Positions 35,461-49,400 are shown, counted from the first letter of the stretch. The stretch: DNA of 64,000 bases from Marsupella aquatica (GCA_973895155.1 OZ316892.1:15802861-15866860); one strand, 5' to 3'. The notes: generated by a model from the sequence alone, not told the origin. Numbers and translations are program-made.

Positions 35461-38400
35461 ATGGGGCTTGACGAAGACGATGACATTGTGGTGTATGGCA
35501 CCAGGTTAGTTGAAGAGGATGAACTGGGACGAAGGAAAGGCAAAATAGCCGTACAGAACGGGCAGGTTCGTCAGGTGGCTCCGTGGAAACAAGAGGTATG
35601 TGAAAGGTCAACGATATCGAGGTCTCTAGGAATGTCTTCGCTACAAATTCTACGCCGAAGTTTGTAGACGCAGAGAAATTTTGGTATGAGCTGATCGCAC
35701 ATGCATTCGTTCCAATTTGAGCTGCTTTTGGAGTCGGTCTGAGTCCACTGTTTTTTTTTTTAACAAATAGGTCACCGATTCGGAAGGGCGAAGGAGGTTT
35801 CATGGCGCATTTACCGGTGGCTTTTCAGCAGGATACTATAACACAGTTGGTTCAAAAGAAGGTAAGGTTTCTTTTCCCGCGTTGAGGATGTCTCCATTTT
35901 TCGTTGATGGATGCCAAGTGCTGTGATGGCTTGTTTTTTCTTGTGACACTTGCCCTGTCTTCGAAAGTGTTTTGCTGAACAAAGAGGGGGGTCTTATTGC
36001 AGGTTGGACGCCTTCTACGTTTTCCTCCTCTCGAAGTAAACGGGCAGGAAAGCAAGAACAAACGGTGTATGATTTCTTGGATGAGGATGAAAAAGAGGTA
36101 TGATTCAAACGGTTTTGCTGTGAAGCAGTGATCGTTTTGAGGCCTCTCTACCCTCGGAACCATGAGCTTATGGGTTTGTTGTTTTAATGCCATAAGTCAC
36201 TGGAACTCCAGCGTTACCGAGATGCTGGAAAACCAGGTTGCTTCAAACCCCTTCTTTTTGCAGGAGTTCAAATTAAAAGAGTTGTTGCCGTCTGCTGAAT
36301 ACGATGCACTCGATTTGACACCTGCGGAGTTGGGTCGGCGCAACGCAATCAAGGAGAACAATTTATGGTACTAATTTATTATCATTCACTCCTCGCCGGA
36401 TAAGCGTTTGTAAAGCTCTACTAGGCACTAAATTACAGTAGACAATGGTGTTCTTGCAGGATTGGGGTCAGGTGATTCCAAATAGCATATCGGCACCTTT
36501 GGATTGTGCAAGGAATGGTCTTAAACTCATACAGAATGCACAGATATGAATATCATATACCTGTGACGTACTGTAGCCTGGGGATCTATTCTCCACCTGA
36601 TGGAAGAGGGGCTAGGATCTTGTTCCTGTATCTCTCAAGAACTCACCATCTTTTTACATGTGTGCGCCAGGTCATCTGTTGTCTCAGGACTCGTACCTGG
36701 TGAAACTGTTGGTGAATCTCAGTCGATAGGTTTGTGTCTCTGCTAATATTTCGTGGTTTGTGATTTTGTAGACACTTTCGTTCTGGAGCTTTGATGTGAA
36801 TTTGTTGGTAGTCCAGCTTTGAGGTCTGAGACGGAAGTGCAGTAGTTGTATATGGAATTATTCATTTCGTTTTGTGATAGGGGTCAAGTTGCTCATGAAG
36901 ATGGGATGGCGACAGGGATTTAGTGTTGGAGGGCAGGGAGACATTTTTCCTTCAGGTATCTCTTTTCCTTCGACCTTGTCTGAAGGTTGGGCTCGCGTGG
37001 GTGTAATCACAAATCATTTGCTGGTCACTTTATACTTTCATCTGAGAATCTATGAGTGTAAGCCCGTATAGGGGAGTCCGACGTTTTGGGCTCTGCGGCC
37101 TTTATTTGTATTCTGTGGTTCATAGAGAGTTTCGATTTAGCATGGGGCGTACGTTCATGAAGGTTTCTCGTTTACCGACTCATTATTACCAGTATGGTGG
37201 TGTGTCAGCTGCTAATAACAGGCGTGGTCTTGGAGTTGTGGCCTTGAAATCTGATTTTGGAAACAAAGTTGAAAGAAATATGGGTAAATATCAGCCGCAT
37301 GTTTCACTACCTTATGCTTAAAAGGAAGTAAATTGTTTTTGCACAAATTAGTTCAAATGATGCTTTATGTTTGGTCTGCAAAACTCCTATAATCTCCTCC
37401 TGCATCTTTCGTGAAAACTGGCTCAAATTTCTCAAATCCATCTATATTAGACCATGGTAGGATAAATTAGGATAATGGTGTATCAGCCATTGTCCTGGGT
37501 TGTTTTGAGTAGGTGGCTATGCACCACAGGAAGAGGTCACCGTTGGCTTCTACTTGCGTAAGAAGGTCTGTGGTTGATGGTGTTTCAGTGCAAGAACTTG
37601 AAGATCTGGAGAGTGTCAGAACTACGGTGTCGAAGAGATCAAAGTCGGAAATTTTGGGCAGGACAGAGGATTGTCTTCCATCCTTCACTCCCGCAACCAA
37701 TTCATCCCTGACACTTCAGCCACTGCGGTATTGTGTCTTTCCATCTACCATGCCATCCAAATCTCAGTTCTCAAGGTTCCCAGATTATTATCACAGTGTT
37801 CCAGTTTTAACTCCAATTTTGTTGGCTTACTGCCATCTGGTATTTTATGTGCCATATCCGAAGAGACGGTGGACTTTGAAACGATTCACTCTTTCACATC
37901 GTACTGATCTTTAGAAAGCCTCTGTGCATCTTCAGAAGGCTTAAGAAAATGAGCTTTGCATACATCTCGAATAGGCTGGTCAATAGTCGTACCCTATCAC
38001 TGTTTCCATAGTAGTATTTTGCACGAGTGGCACTGTTTGTTGGATTCCTGCCTTTTCCCTGGGTCGTGTTAAGAGCTTGCGTGTCCTTCATGCTAATCCT
38101 TGTTGTCCCGAGTTTACAAGCTGAAATAAGTTGGAGTGTTCTACACACTTGTTTAGCGTACCGACGGCGAGTCGTGACCCTGTCTGGAAACAAGTCTCTT
38201 TGAAAGTTTTTGTAATCACTAAGTTGCTTTTATTTCCTTGTATCCTTTGCAGATTGCCCAGCCTAGTGATTCCTTCGGATTTCACATCAACACATATTTT
38301 ACCAGCACCCCTAGACGACGAACAATATCTATCCATACACGAACCTCCGGATGTTCCTTCTCCAGACCCTAAGACAGGCAAAGCTATAACTGGCGTAGCA

Positions 38401-40370
38401 GCCTTTCTGGCCAGAAGTGGACAAAAGTCTGAGGATCTATTAAAGCAAAAGCACGTCAACAATCCTCAGTTTGTTTTTCTTTTTGAAGGGCGCCTGGGAC
38501 ACGAATTTTATGTCAGAAAACTGTGGGAAGAACGGAGAAACCTCTCAATACAGGGAAAGATGCAGATTCAGTCTCAATTTGATAATAACAGGGCAGAGTT
38601 GATTGGGGCCAACCGGGGTAACATTCTTGGTGAAAGACCTTTACCACGAACGGAGATCTCTCTAGCCTCTTCGATGATTATGAAAGAGGATTCTTCCTCT
38701 TTCGTACGATCAGAGGCACTATCCGAACTTACGGCTCAAATGAATACGCGGTTCACAACAGGAGCTTCTGATACACACCTGAAACGGGTATGTGACGTTT
38801 AGTGGACTCTGTATGCCTGACGCTCTTTACTGGCATGCAAGTAAGACCCGTAAACAGATCATCCTGTTCCCTTAGTATGCTGAACACCCTAAACGAGACC
38901 TGAGCAGATCAGATTCCATAGCTGACTATGAAATACTCCGTCTGCGCTAGATTTAATTTCAAGTTGTTTGTGAAATTTCGTTGGAGGTGACCAGTTAAGT
39001 CGGTTGAAAATTTTCTTGGTCACATTCTTGGTTGATTTGCTACTTTGTGCAACCTTGGAGAGGGATCTTGCGAGTACCTCGTCATTGCAGGAGCCTTCAT
39101 CTCATTACAATCTTGACCGCCATCCTCTTTCGTTAGGACATCCCAAAGTAGCGTTACCGAAAGTCGGGTTGGCTTTCGTTAAGTTTTTCAATGTGCCGGA
39201 CGAATTAATAGCAGGATAATTTTAGAATTGATATATTATGAAATCTTGAAATGCGAACTTTTATCATATCGTGACCTTATGTTTCGTCCATTTTAACACA
39301 CGGCTAGCCCTATTACAACATAGCTTCGTCTATGTTCAAGGATCTGTTCGTACAAGCTTTCCGTCTGATGTTAGGATAATTTTTACTTTGTAACGAGGTT
39401 CTGATTTTTCTGATAAAATTCGCAATATAGTTATCTCAGACAAGTTGTGTATGGTGCAGACTGAAGGATTGGCGCAGGTTGAAAGTATCAAACCTTCTAG
39501 TGCCCTTAAGCATTCGAGTGACATGACGGACTTGCCCCAGATCACGAGGGTGGAGACATCATGGAGGCCTACTGCACTTCTTAGCAAGCGTTTTAATGTA
39601 CCTGACCCTTATTTTGGAAAGGTAAAGGTTTGTATGTGACACCATGTGGAATTCGTTTTGAAAACAAATAATATTCCGCACGTCTTGGTGAGTCAACAAC
39701 TGAATCATGTTAAAGGTTTAAAAGTGGAGAATACATACTACCCTTGTTGTAAGCGTCTGCTGTAGCCTTTTGATAGAGTGAACCCTCAATGCAGTGGAGA
39801 ACGTGCACAATTTTAAGTTTCACTCTTCTGTGTTGTAATATTCTTGTTTTTTGACAGGAAACTACGCTGCCGAAGTCAAGAATCAAAGCGGAACCGCTGA
39901 CTCATTTAGCAAACTTGTCAGGAATTGGTAAAGGGCCTATTTTACCTCTAACCCGATCATCAACATCTGTGGCAAATGCTTCGACCAATGAAGAAACCAG
40001 AGACATTATAATATCTCAAGACTCAATTGATCTTTACAAGGTATGTGGCGCATTGAATTTCTTTGTCCGAGTTATTTTGAATTTATGTTGTGCGGAGCAC
40101 CAAGAGGAGGGAAAGGTGCTAGTGTAGCATACGAAGGGCATTGGTTAGAGGGAACTGTGGTGGTTGCTGCGTTATTAACATAGTGTCTCCTACCCTGTCT
40201 TTGTGCGCTGAATTCAACTTTTGCAACAGGCTATCTTCTCTGATGACGAATACGAAGATGAAAATGAAGATCAAAGGCAGTCGTCTCTTGGGAAGCCAGT
40301 ACAAAATCCGAAGGACGCTGCTGGAGATTTTCTGCAGTCTTTGGGGAAAGAATTGGGATTGAGGGTTTGA
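35461..40370 (+). CDS. TGH: TOUGH/GPATCH1-like protein (DUF1604, G-patch, SWAP/Surp); multi-exon, diverged, 3' end uncertain
   Basis: Exons 35461-35595, 35771-35861 and 36003-36097 give [14 protein letters not shown]...[46 protein letters not shown]...DFLDEDE. G-patch [13 protein letters not shown] at ~36881. SWAP domain in 38251-38787. Then [20 protein letters not shown] and DLYK/AIFSDDE...[13 protein letters not shown]. Confidence 0.85.
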
Positions 40371-40380
40371 GCACACTGGA

Positions 40381-40745
40381 GTGGAATCTATGGAAGTAAG
40401 ACCGTGGTCCATGAAGGGGCCTAGTGACACATTGGATACCCATCACATTATTCTCAGGGTTAAGTACATCCATCCTTCAGGTGTGTTGGAGTTAGAAGGA
40501 GCAGATGACTGTACCCTCAAAGATCATGCTAAGAATTGTGCTCCTTGTCATTTTCCTAACTTGGACTAACCATTGTCGCTTCTACTTGGATTCCTCTGGT
40601 GGATTATCCCTGTAAGGTGTGTCACAGGATTGTTGACGCTGACCAGATGTTGTTGTGCGACCATGCAGCGGCCGTTATCATCTCTTTTGTTTGCGACCTG
40701 AGCTCCCTCAAGTTCCGCAAGGGCTCTGGTTCTGCCCACCAATTT
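40381..40745 (+). mobile_element. Gypsy integrase C-terminal fragment with a PHD finger
   Basis: TLD...ILRVKYIHPSGVLELEGAD...DHAKNCAPCHFPNLD, then PCKVCHR...DQMLLCD: the integrase-PHD tail known from bryophyte and algal gypsy elements. Degenerate. Confidence 0.7.
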
Positions 40746-41599
40746 TTCCATTTCCTCCCCAATTTCATGTCTCATACTCCTAGGCTTCACCGCAAAATAC
40801 TTTTAAGATTGCCGAAATTGTATCAGAAATGATAGTAAGTTCTTATCTCTCCCCACCAATTCGTCCATAACTCAAAGCCCCGCCATGTTGTTACCTCCCT
40901 GGACGCTGTAACCATTCAAGTCTCCTAAAAGGAAAAGTAGGATTCTAAATTGCTCATCAGCAACGCACCTTGGTATCAGCCACTCAGGTCAAAATCCTGC
41001 TAGTCCAGAGAAGCCCCATCCCCTCATCTCCTCACAATAGCATCTTCCACAGTACTCGAAAGAAAGTGCCAAGCTCACGCGGCTCTGCGAGTGCGCTCCC
41101 AGCTCTCAGCGTGCCCCCGAGCAACGGAAATGCAGTTCTTAAAAAGACCTCTTCCAATCTGAAGGGCTCCGTCATAATAGCCACCATCAGTTATCCACAG
41201 GAGAGCAAAACAGAGGCCATCACCTCAAAGCCAGCTCGCGGCAGATTCTTAGTGAAGTGCAGATCATAACAGTTTTGTGAGCCCCTCATTCTTCATGTGT
41301 CCTAAACTGATCGGAGGCCGTCTCTAGCTAAATCTTCAACGACATCCACTCATTCAATGCGATTCTCTCACACTTCTAATCAGCTCATCCAGTCATTGAT
41401 TTTACTAGGTAGCGCGTATTATAATCTCCGGGAACATAAAATTCAAAGGAGCTTCAACAAAAAAAGAAAAGTACAATGCAAAGAAATGAGCAAAGGTAGG
41501 TGATATAAGAAGATAGTCAATGGGTGCTATTGCCTTAACTTGTGTTAAAAGTGGAGCACTTAACCCTGAATGCAAAGAACTTGTTGATCTTGAATCCCT

Positions 41600-42410
41600 A
41601 ACAACCAAACATCACAGTTGCCTTGGATTGTATGCAGGTTCTCTATGAGATGATGAAATAGGTTCATTCGATCCAATACACCGATGGCATAAATATGCAT
41701 ATCCCAATGGAGCATAATAGGAAGCAACAAAGTAGGATTGAGACGGGATTGACTACCTTTGGTGTGGAGTTAAAGCACCATGTGTTAATTGTTGGGATCC
41801 TTGTTATTTGATAGACCAATGCTTGCCATTGCTGCTTTGTGTAGATTGCTATGCCTCCAAATCCGTTCCAGCTTTGAATCTCTTCTTGTTGAAGATGGAC
41901 GCTGTGCAATGAAACCCTGGAATGGTTGGTAGATTGTCTGCCTTGTGTTCCCATGTTTCCAAAAAGATTAAAGTATCCACCTCTCTTGAGCGCCTAATAC
42001 AATCTCCATACAAATCCAGAGACACTCCATGCTAAGTCTCTCCAGGTCCCTCCCCATCACTTCAACACATCTTTCTTCTTTTGAGTGATAACAGCTCGCC
42101 CATCCCCAAGCAATCCAACCTTCTTGTGCGTTTGTTGGTTACTCTGTTAGGAAGTAGATGTCCTCACACAAGATTACAACTTGTTATCTATGCTTTTGTA
42201 TTTGGCATTGGTTGCCACAGCTCCCTTGACTCTTTGGTTCTTTTTGGAGCTTAGAATCTGACTTGCTTTGCTTTGCTTTATGCACCTTATCAAGATCCAC
42301 TTTTCTTGCTTGCCATTGTTTTCTTGCTTGCTATTGAATTGGGGCGATATCATCATCAATCCGTGATATAGTGCCGAAGCTGCCTTAAAGGTAGTGTAAA
42401 CAGGCCACAT
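41600..42410 (-). mobile_element. LINE ORF1 end plus N-half of the APE endonuclease (inverted)
   Basis: Minus strand VDTLIFLETWEH...IPGF... and GFGGIAIYTK. Its last ~65 bp match 42578-42640 in opposite orientation. Confidence 0.65.
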
Positions 42411-42577
42411 GAATTTTTGAGCTAATATCTGGTGTGCTATTCTCACTTCCAAATGATGAAGCTTGAAAAGCAAGCAAGAGAAAAGAGAAGAAAGCTTTGT
42501 GAACCTGCAGATGCAAGCTGTGATTGTTGAGACAAATAGAAAGGACAAAGAAGGGAAAAGGGAGAGAATGATATAGA

Positions 42578-45007
42578 ATGAACCCAGTTCATCATCTCAT
42601 AGAGTACCTGCATACAATCCAAGGCAATGGGGATGTTTGGGTGATTGGGAATATGCACGTACACACGATCAACAGATTCTTTGCACTCATGCACTAGACA
42701 CTTACATCTGGTCCAAGGATGATGAAGGTGAAGAATACTGGTCTAGATGTTCTCAAGATTCAAAAGTGAATCAAATGTCTCCGCACTTCCTTAGATTTGG
42801 AGCCATATGTGATCTTAGGATCATGAATGGAATTGCCAAATTTCCTCAATCTGCCGGCTTCATGTTTAGCACAAGGCAAGGCAATAGCACCATTGACTTT
42901 CTTCTTGCATCACCTACCTCTGCTAGTAAAATCAGTGACTTTAGGATATTACCCTCACAACCTGAGTCCCCTCATTCACCACTTTTGTTCCATCTCAATC
43001 TGACGCTCACAATCCCAGTCAAAGCTCATAAAAAGTCCCTACCTCAGCCTCTGTTTTTAGATCCTAATAGAGAAGTCAGCTTCAAGACCAACTTTGAACA
43101 TCTTCTCCATACCTTTAATAACCAGATAGAGCTTTCACAGGTGATAGCAGAGGCAGCAGCATGTACTTTAGACCTCCACTCACCTTCCTAGAAAGCAAGG
43201 CATGAAGTCATGGTTTGATGAGGAATGTGCTAGAGCAAGGATGCAAGCAATGAATTCAGGGGACAAGAGACTACTTGCATTCAACATGTATAAGAACTTC
43301 ACCAAACATAAGAAGAGGAGCTTCATGAAGACACATTAACAATCACTTTTTGAGGAGTTCATCAAGCATCCTAGAAGTTTTTGGCAGAGAATGTGATCAG
43401 GCAAGACTAATTCCTCTTTGGGTCACCAGGACTTGGTAAACTACGTCACATCCTTGTAATTCTTTCCCGATGCAACTTGCATGCCTTTGCATCATGGGGA
43501 TACCATTGAGTTTACAGAGAAGGAGGTGAAGGTGCATCTATCTCAAGTGCAACACGGTAAAGCCAAAGATTTGTTAGTCCTCAATTTGGAGCTTTCTTTT
43601 ATGGGGAGGACCCTCTTTACTGACAAGCCTGGTGCACGAGTTGAATCTAGCAATGGCTCTAGGTTTACCTAAGGCTTGTTTACCTATGGCTTCTTTACCT
43701 ATGGCTCTAGGTTTACCTAAGGCTTGTTTTCCTAAGGCTTGTTTACCTATGGCTTCTTTACCTATGGCTCTAGGTTTACCTAAGGCTTGTTTTCCTAAGG
43801 CTTGTTTACCTAAGGCTTGTGTTGTGTGAAAAGGCTAAACCTCCACATAAGCCATTGTTTTGCCTTTTTTTGGATTTCTCCAAAGCATTTGACAGAGTAT
43901 GCAGATCCAAACTTTGGCATAGGATGGCGGGAGTTAGGAGAGTCTGAAGAGATCAGGCTGGAAGTTTCTAAATTGTACCAAGAAGTGCGCATCAAACTCT
44001 CAAAACACACATCTGAAGAAATCTGGAGCACTCTTGGGGTGATCCAAGGTTGTCTACTCTCACCTACTAGCTAGACAATATTGTGGGGGAGCATGGTGGA
44101 GTTGGTACTCAATTGGGTAGGTTCCTCCTCCAACTTCTCATATTTGCAGATGATGTGGTCTTACTTGCTCATGATCAAGAAGCCTTGCAAAGACATCTTA
44201 CCTCTTTGGAAGAGTTTTGCCAAGCAACAGGTATGACAATCAACCTTAAGAAGACCAAATGTTTGGGCATTGGCACACGACAGAATCCATTACTTTACTT
44301 CCAAGGAAATGCAGTGGAATCTGTGAACACCTACAAGTACCTTGGCATGGAGTTCTCTCAAAATTTGAGTTGGGCCTCTTGCATCATATCCAGGATTGCC
44401 AATGGATACAAAGCCTTTTATGCCTTTGTGACCAAATGCAAAGCGGCTGGTCTACACACATGGAAGTCTAGGAAACATCTTTTTGGAGCTTTGGTGAAAC
44501 CAGTCATTCGTTACGGAGCACAAATTTGGGGGATCCAAAAGGTGGCAACAAATTGAGGGGATCCAAAAGCTTTTTCTTGAGATGGAGCTTGGGGTCAAGT
44601 CACAAACCCCTTATGCCATGACACTTGTTGAAGCAGGATTGCTTCCATTGGAGGTTGAGGCACTCTTCCAAACACTCAAGTACATCATGCGTGTAAGAGA
44701 GTTAGAGGAAGATAGATATCCTTTTCATGCCTTGCGTTCATCTTCAGCTAAAGGTTGGTATGCAGATGTGTGTAGGTGGGCTCACGCCTGGGACTTTCCT
44801 GAACATGAATGGCCAACACACCCAACAAAGCTTAGATCTGCACTTGAACAAAGGGCTATGCACAAACTCTGGCATGATCCTAGCCCACGGCTGCAATACT
44901 ACATGCGGGATGTGAACCCTATGGAGAAATATGAAGAGCAAGAATACCTATCCAGTACTATTTCAGTACAACTCAGACATATAATTGCTTGCTATAGACT
45001 TTCCTCA
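42578..45007 (+). mobile_element. LINE (RTE-X-like) ORF2: APE C-half plus reverse transcriptase, degenerate
   Basis: RCSQDSKVN...LRIMNG...STIDFLL...SPHSPL; WFDEEC; GVIQGCLLSP; LLIFADDVVLL; YKYLG. Homology ends abruptly after YRLSS. Confidence 0.9.
43655..43822. repeat. ~15-bp tandem expansion inside the LINE RT
   Basis: tttacctaaggcttg and tttacctatggct units with a higher-order repeat. Confidence 0.85.
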
Positions 45008-46479
45008 TCTATACTTTTGAAAACGTACCTCCCAAATCTTTGGCCCCCATATAGAGGCCTTAACAAGGTCCATTGGACCTGCCCTCTTATGTGCGCATAG
45101 GCATCAGAATGCTAATTGTAATGAGATCTCACGGTCCTCAGATGAAGTTTGGGGGAAAAAGTTAAGCCCAACTTAGAGCTCAGGTCAAGTTGTCTAGGTG
45201 TGCCCTATGAGCTTTACCTAGACACATTGAGTCCAAGTGCGGTTGCCGTGTGAGTCGGCGGTGTACCAGGAACCGTTTGATACACTGAGAAAGTTAGTTT
45301 CTATATCTAAGGGACACGTATTTGCACGCTTAAATGAACAATTTATCGTAATCTTTTTTAACCGTAGCTTAAGTTGTTGCAGTCTACTCTAATCCGCCCC
45401 CACAGCAGATGTGGTCCTTTCAGCAATTCCTGAATACGGAGGAAGTGAGCCCTTTTACAAATATATGCTTGGTTTAAAAAGTAAATATCATTTTAAAGCT
45501 ATATGTAGCTTTTCATTCCAATAGAACTTTCATCTTAAGAATTTTAATAAACTTAACGTTGTTCCTTACTTGAAGAATAATTCAAGTTTGAATGTACAGA
45601 ACGTTCACTTTGGCCGGCTGTTCTCTAGCGGGCAGAGGCATCTAATCGCTGATGGTGTTTTTGAGGCAATTGGGACAAAGTATCCTTTTCTTATGAGCTT
45701 CTTTCTTCCCTAGATAATGGAGACAATCTTATTTTCCTCCGAGCTTCTTCTTTCTCCTCCCGTGTATATCACTTTAGTTCAATAATCCAGTCCCACAAAA
45801 TTAATCTGTGGACCCCCATGTTATTTTAGAGGCTATCTAGAAACTGAAGCCTAGATAGACCTCCAAATCTAAAGAAAAAAATTCAAAAATGGACAAGTCA
45901 ATGTTTGACACTTGAAACAGTTGCCAAACTTACCAAGGCAACCATAATTAACATCAATAGTAAAACCAGCTGGAATGTGAACTATTGTTTAATGTGTGGG
46001 TAGCTTAATTGCCCACTTCAGCAAAACAATGCTTGACGATTTCTTCCACGGTATCGACGGGATGCTGGATGCACTCAAGTTGCATCGAAAGTAATCACTT
46101 TCAATTCCTACACGCAGATAGACGAAGAGAGAGAAGTCATCGGTGTCATCAAATCATTAACTTTGCATAATCATTTAAGAAAAAAAGTTTCATGGAAGAA
46201 AATCTCCAATTGTGGAATTTGGAATCGATCGAAAGCTAGAGAAATTTAGAAACTCATGACCATTTTAGTACTTGATAAAATCTCCCAATGTTACACTCAT
46301 TGGAAAGCTAAAGAACATTGGAAAGCTAAAGAACATTGGAAACTTATAATCTCCTCATAACTGAACTAAATCTATCAATGTTAAGTTCATTAAAAAGCTA
46401 AAGAATTTTAAAATTCATAATCTCCTTAGTACTCAATAAAATCTGTCAATTTTAGGTTCATTCTCATGGAGGGGGTCAA

Positions 46480-49400
46480 CATCTAAGGGGTTGTACAACA
46501 AAGATTTCTATTCACGTTAGAGATTATGAAATCATGGGTAAATTTGATTTCTCAAATTACTTACTCAATTCTTAGCAAATGATGACAATGCTGAGCTCAT
46601 TAGGGCCGTCTCTTCAAGATCTTTCTAACGCCATATTATATGTGAGTTTTCATTATGATTTGACTCAGCACTGTCAAATCAAAAATTGCTACCGAGAAAA
46701 TTTTATGTTCAAAGGGTAGAGTCTGGTGGAGATCTACAAGATTTGTGGGTGATGTTTGATGTTATGCATTGGATGACTAAGAAGCAATGATGTCTAGGCA
46801 CAATTTGTGTGTGAGCTAGTTTCAGAAGATATTGTTGCACTATAAACTAAATGGAAGGTCATGAAGCGGGTGTGTAAGTCAAATGGGCTTGACAATGTTA
46901 TGTTTTGCGGGTTCATTGCCAATAATGTTGCAGTTGGGTGGAATTCAGTCCAAAACACATTTAGGGATGGAATTCTCAAAATGAGTGATCTAATGCATTT
47001 CATTGGGCGCAATCAATGGAGAAGATGACAAACAAATGCATTTTTCCAAGCAAAGCAAATGAGTATAAGGAGCTTCTAGATTCATTGAGGGATGCTGTCA
47101 AGTGGTTCTTTTGCATTTAGGACTTTGAGAAGATGAAGGATTGGTGGAAAAATAGGTATGCAATCAAAGGAAAAACCAAGTCACTAGAGACATAGTTGTT
47201 GTGGTGGATTGTGCGGTTCTCCCAGTGGGGAAACTTCATTGGGCTGATAAGTCTATTAATTCTTAGTAATATTCCATTTCGGAGAGGCTCTCCAAGATAC
47301 TTCATGTTGGATATGTCAAAGAGCATCTCCGAGATGGAACACATGGGTCATCTTGGAGAGCCTCTCCGAGATACTGCATCTTGGACATCTTAGGGAGGCT
47401 CTCCAAAATGGAACACGTGGATCATCTTGGAGAGGCTCTTCAAGATACTTCATGTTGGACATGTCAGAGAGCATCTCTGAGATAGAACACATGGGTCATC
47501 TTGGAGAGCCTCTCCAAGATACTGCATCTTGGACATCTTAGGGAGGCTCCCCGAGATACTTCATGTTGGACATGTCAAAGAGCATCTCCAAGATGGAACA
47601 CATGGATCATCTAGGAGAGCCTCTCCGAGATATTACATCTTGGACATGTTAGGGAGGATCTTCGAGATGGAACACATGGATCATCTTGGAGAGCCTCTCT
47701 AAGATACTACATCTTGGACATGTTAGAGAGGCTCTCTGAGATGGAACATGTGGATCATCTCTCGGATCATCTCGGAGAGCCTCTCCAAGATACTGCAACT
47801 TAGAGAGCCTTTTTGAGATGGACCACATGTGTCATCTCAAAGATATTCAGTAAGAAACTAGACATGTTAGAGAACCTCTCTGAGTTTTGTAAACATGTGG
47901 TTCATCTCGGAGAGCCTCTTCGGGATGGAACACATTGGACATGTTTTAGATGTTGTACAAGATGAGCCATGTACATATTTTTGATTATAATTTTTTCTTT
48001 GATTTTTGTGTAGGACATGGACAAGAGTAAGTTTGCATTGATGCTTAACCATAGCGGGGCAGAATCCGTGCATGCCGCAATGCGTTGATGGTCTTCTGCA
48101 ACAAGATTGAAATAATGCAAACTTGTATAACGGATGCAACTTGTGCATTGAATCAATTTGGTGCCCTTGTCAACTACACGGCCCACGGGAGGAAGGGCCA
48201 TGGCCCAAGTCTTTTTGAACTTTGTCTTCGAGATGTCAGGATGGTTGGGAATGTTAGAAGTTTCTTCCCAAAGTTGTGTACAGTGATGACTCCACCAGAG
48301 ATGTTGAATATGCTTTGGGGGACCCAATTCCTGGTGACTATGAAACTCAACAAATGTCGGCTCGAGTGTCGGCTCAAGGCAAGGTTCAAACTGATGCTAT
48401 TGAAGTAGAAGATTCTCATTGCAATGATGTCATTCTAGTAACTCGACCTAAGAAGCAAAGGTTCAAGGGAATTTCAACCCAAGATGCACACTTGAAAAGT
48501 ATCATTCATGTAGTGGTTGACTTGTCAACCTCATCAGACTCTCCTACAGGCTTTGGTGGATCAAATGTTGTAATTTTGGATAGCTCACCACAACATGTGA
48601 CAAGGTCAACATGTGTCCCTCCACCACCAACCCCAAGGAGGTCAACCCGTGTTCCTCCTCCAACCCCAATGAGGTCAATACCAAGGTCAACCACTATTTG
48701 TCCTCCTCCAACATGGTTTGCTAAATCTTTGCATAATAGAGGCAAATAAAGACAAGTGCAGAAGAGCAATGTGATGCTAGGAATGTTGTTTTTGTCTCAC
48801 ATCAGTTGCCATGGGAGTAATCCTGCTTGTAGAGGTGCCTTCAAAGGCACACAACGTCTAGTAAGTGGTCTATACATCAAGGAGGTGGGATTTTGTCATG
48901 CAACGCTGGGTGTGGTAGGATTGTGCTTATTGGCTGGGAGCAGTTACAAGGATCCTAATATTCCACAAAAGTTTTGGTTTTGCCAAAACAAAGAGTGTTG
49001 TTGCCAAAAATCCTTTATGGTACTAGGCGGTTGCCCCTACTACCGGAGAAGGTCCCAGTTGCTTGAGGAACCTTATGTTACAAAAAAGTTGATTTTCTCC
49101 ATGACAATAGATTGAATGTGGTACATGCCATCATTCCTGGTGATTCAGTTGTCAATCTTGACGATATAATTGTGGACTTGAATAGTTACCTAGAGCACAT
49201 GGATCCATTCAAGCCTGATGTCAAGCTGAGCTGGTGCAATGGCCGCTTACGGCAAAGGAGATCAATTGTGATGGCAGAAAAGTTTGTGCTGTCACTCATC
49301 TTTCTCAAAATGTACAAAAGTGGAGCAGAGTGTGTGAAAATGCTCTCATGAATGCCGTATTCAGGTAGATTGTAGAACAAAATGTCACTGAAGTGCAAAC
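46480..49400 (+). mobile_element. Degenerate MULE-like transposase region
   Basis: Fragments LQDLWVMFDV, NVMFCGFIANNVAVGWNSVQ, ERSDAFHWAQSMEK and WWIVRFSQWG resemble the WMMFDH / FKGFMADSAQANW / FHW / FRYRQWG motifs of bryophyte and fern MULE-type transposases. Heavily interrupted; ends not found. Confidence 0.5.
47270..47960. repeat. ~70-bp tandem repeat built from ~35-bp subunits
   Basis: Recurrent atggaacacatgg(g/a)tcatcttggagagcctctcc(a/g)agatact...ttggacat. Confidence 0.9.

Noticed and set aside
40971-40981. TGGTATCAGCC as a PBS
   Set aside because: No convincing LTR pair or downstream gag could be established.
45008-45640. Possible non-autonomous Helitron starting A|TCTATAC where the LINE is cut off
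   Set aside because: No convincing hairpin-CTRR 3' end was found.
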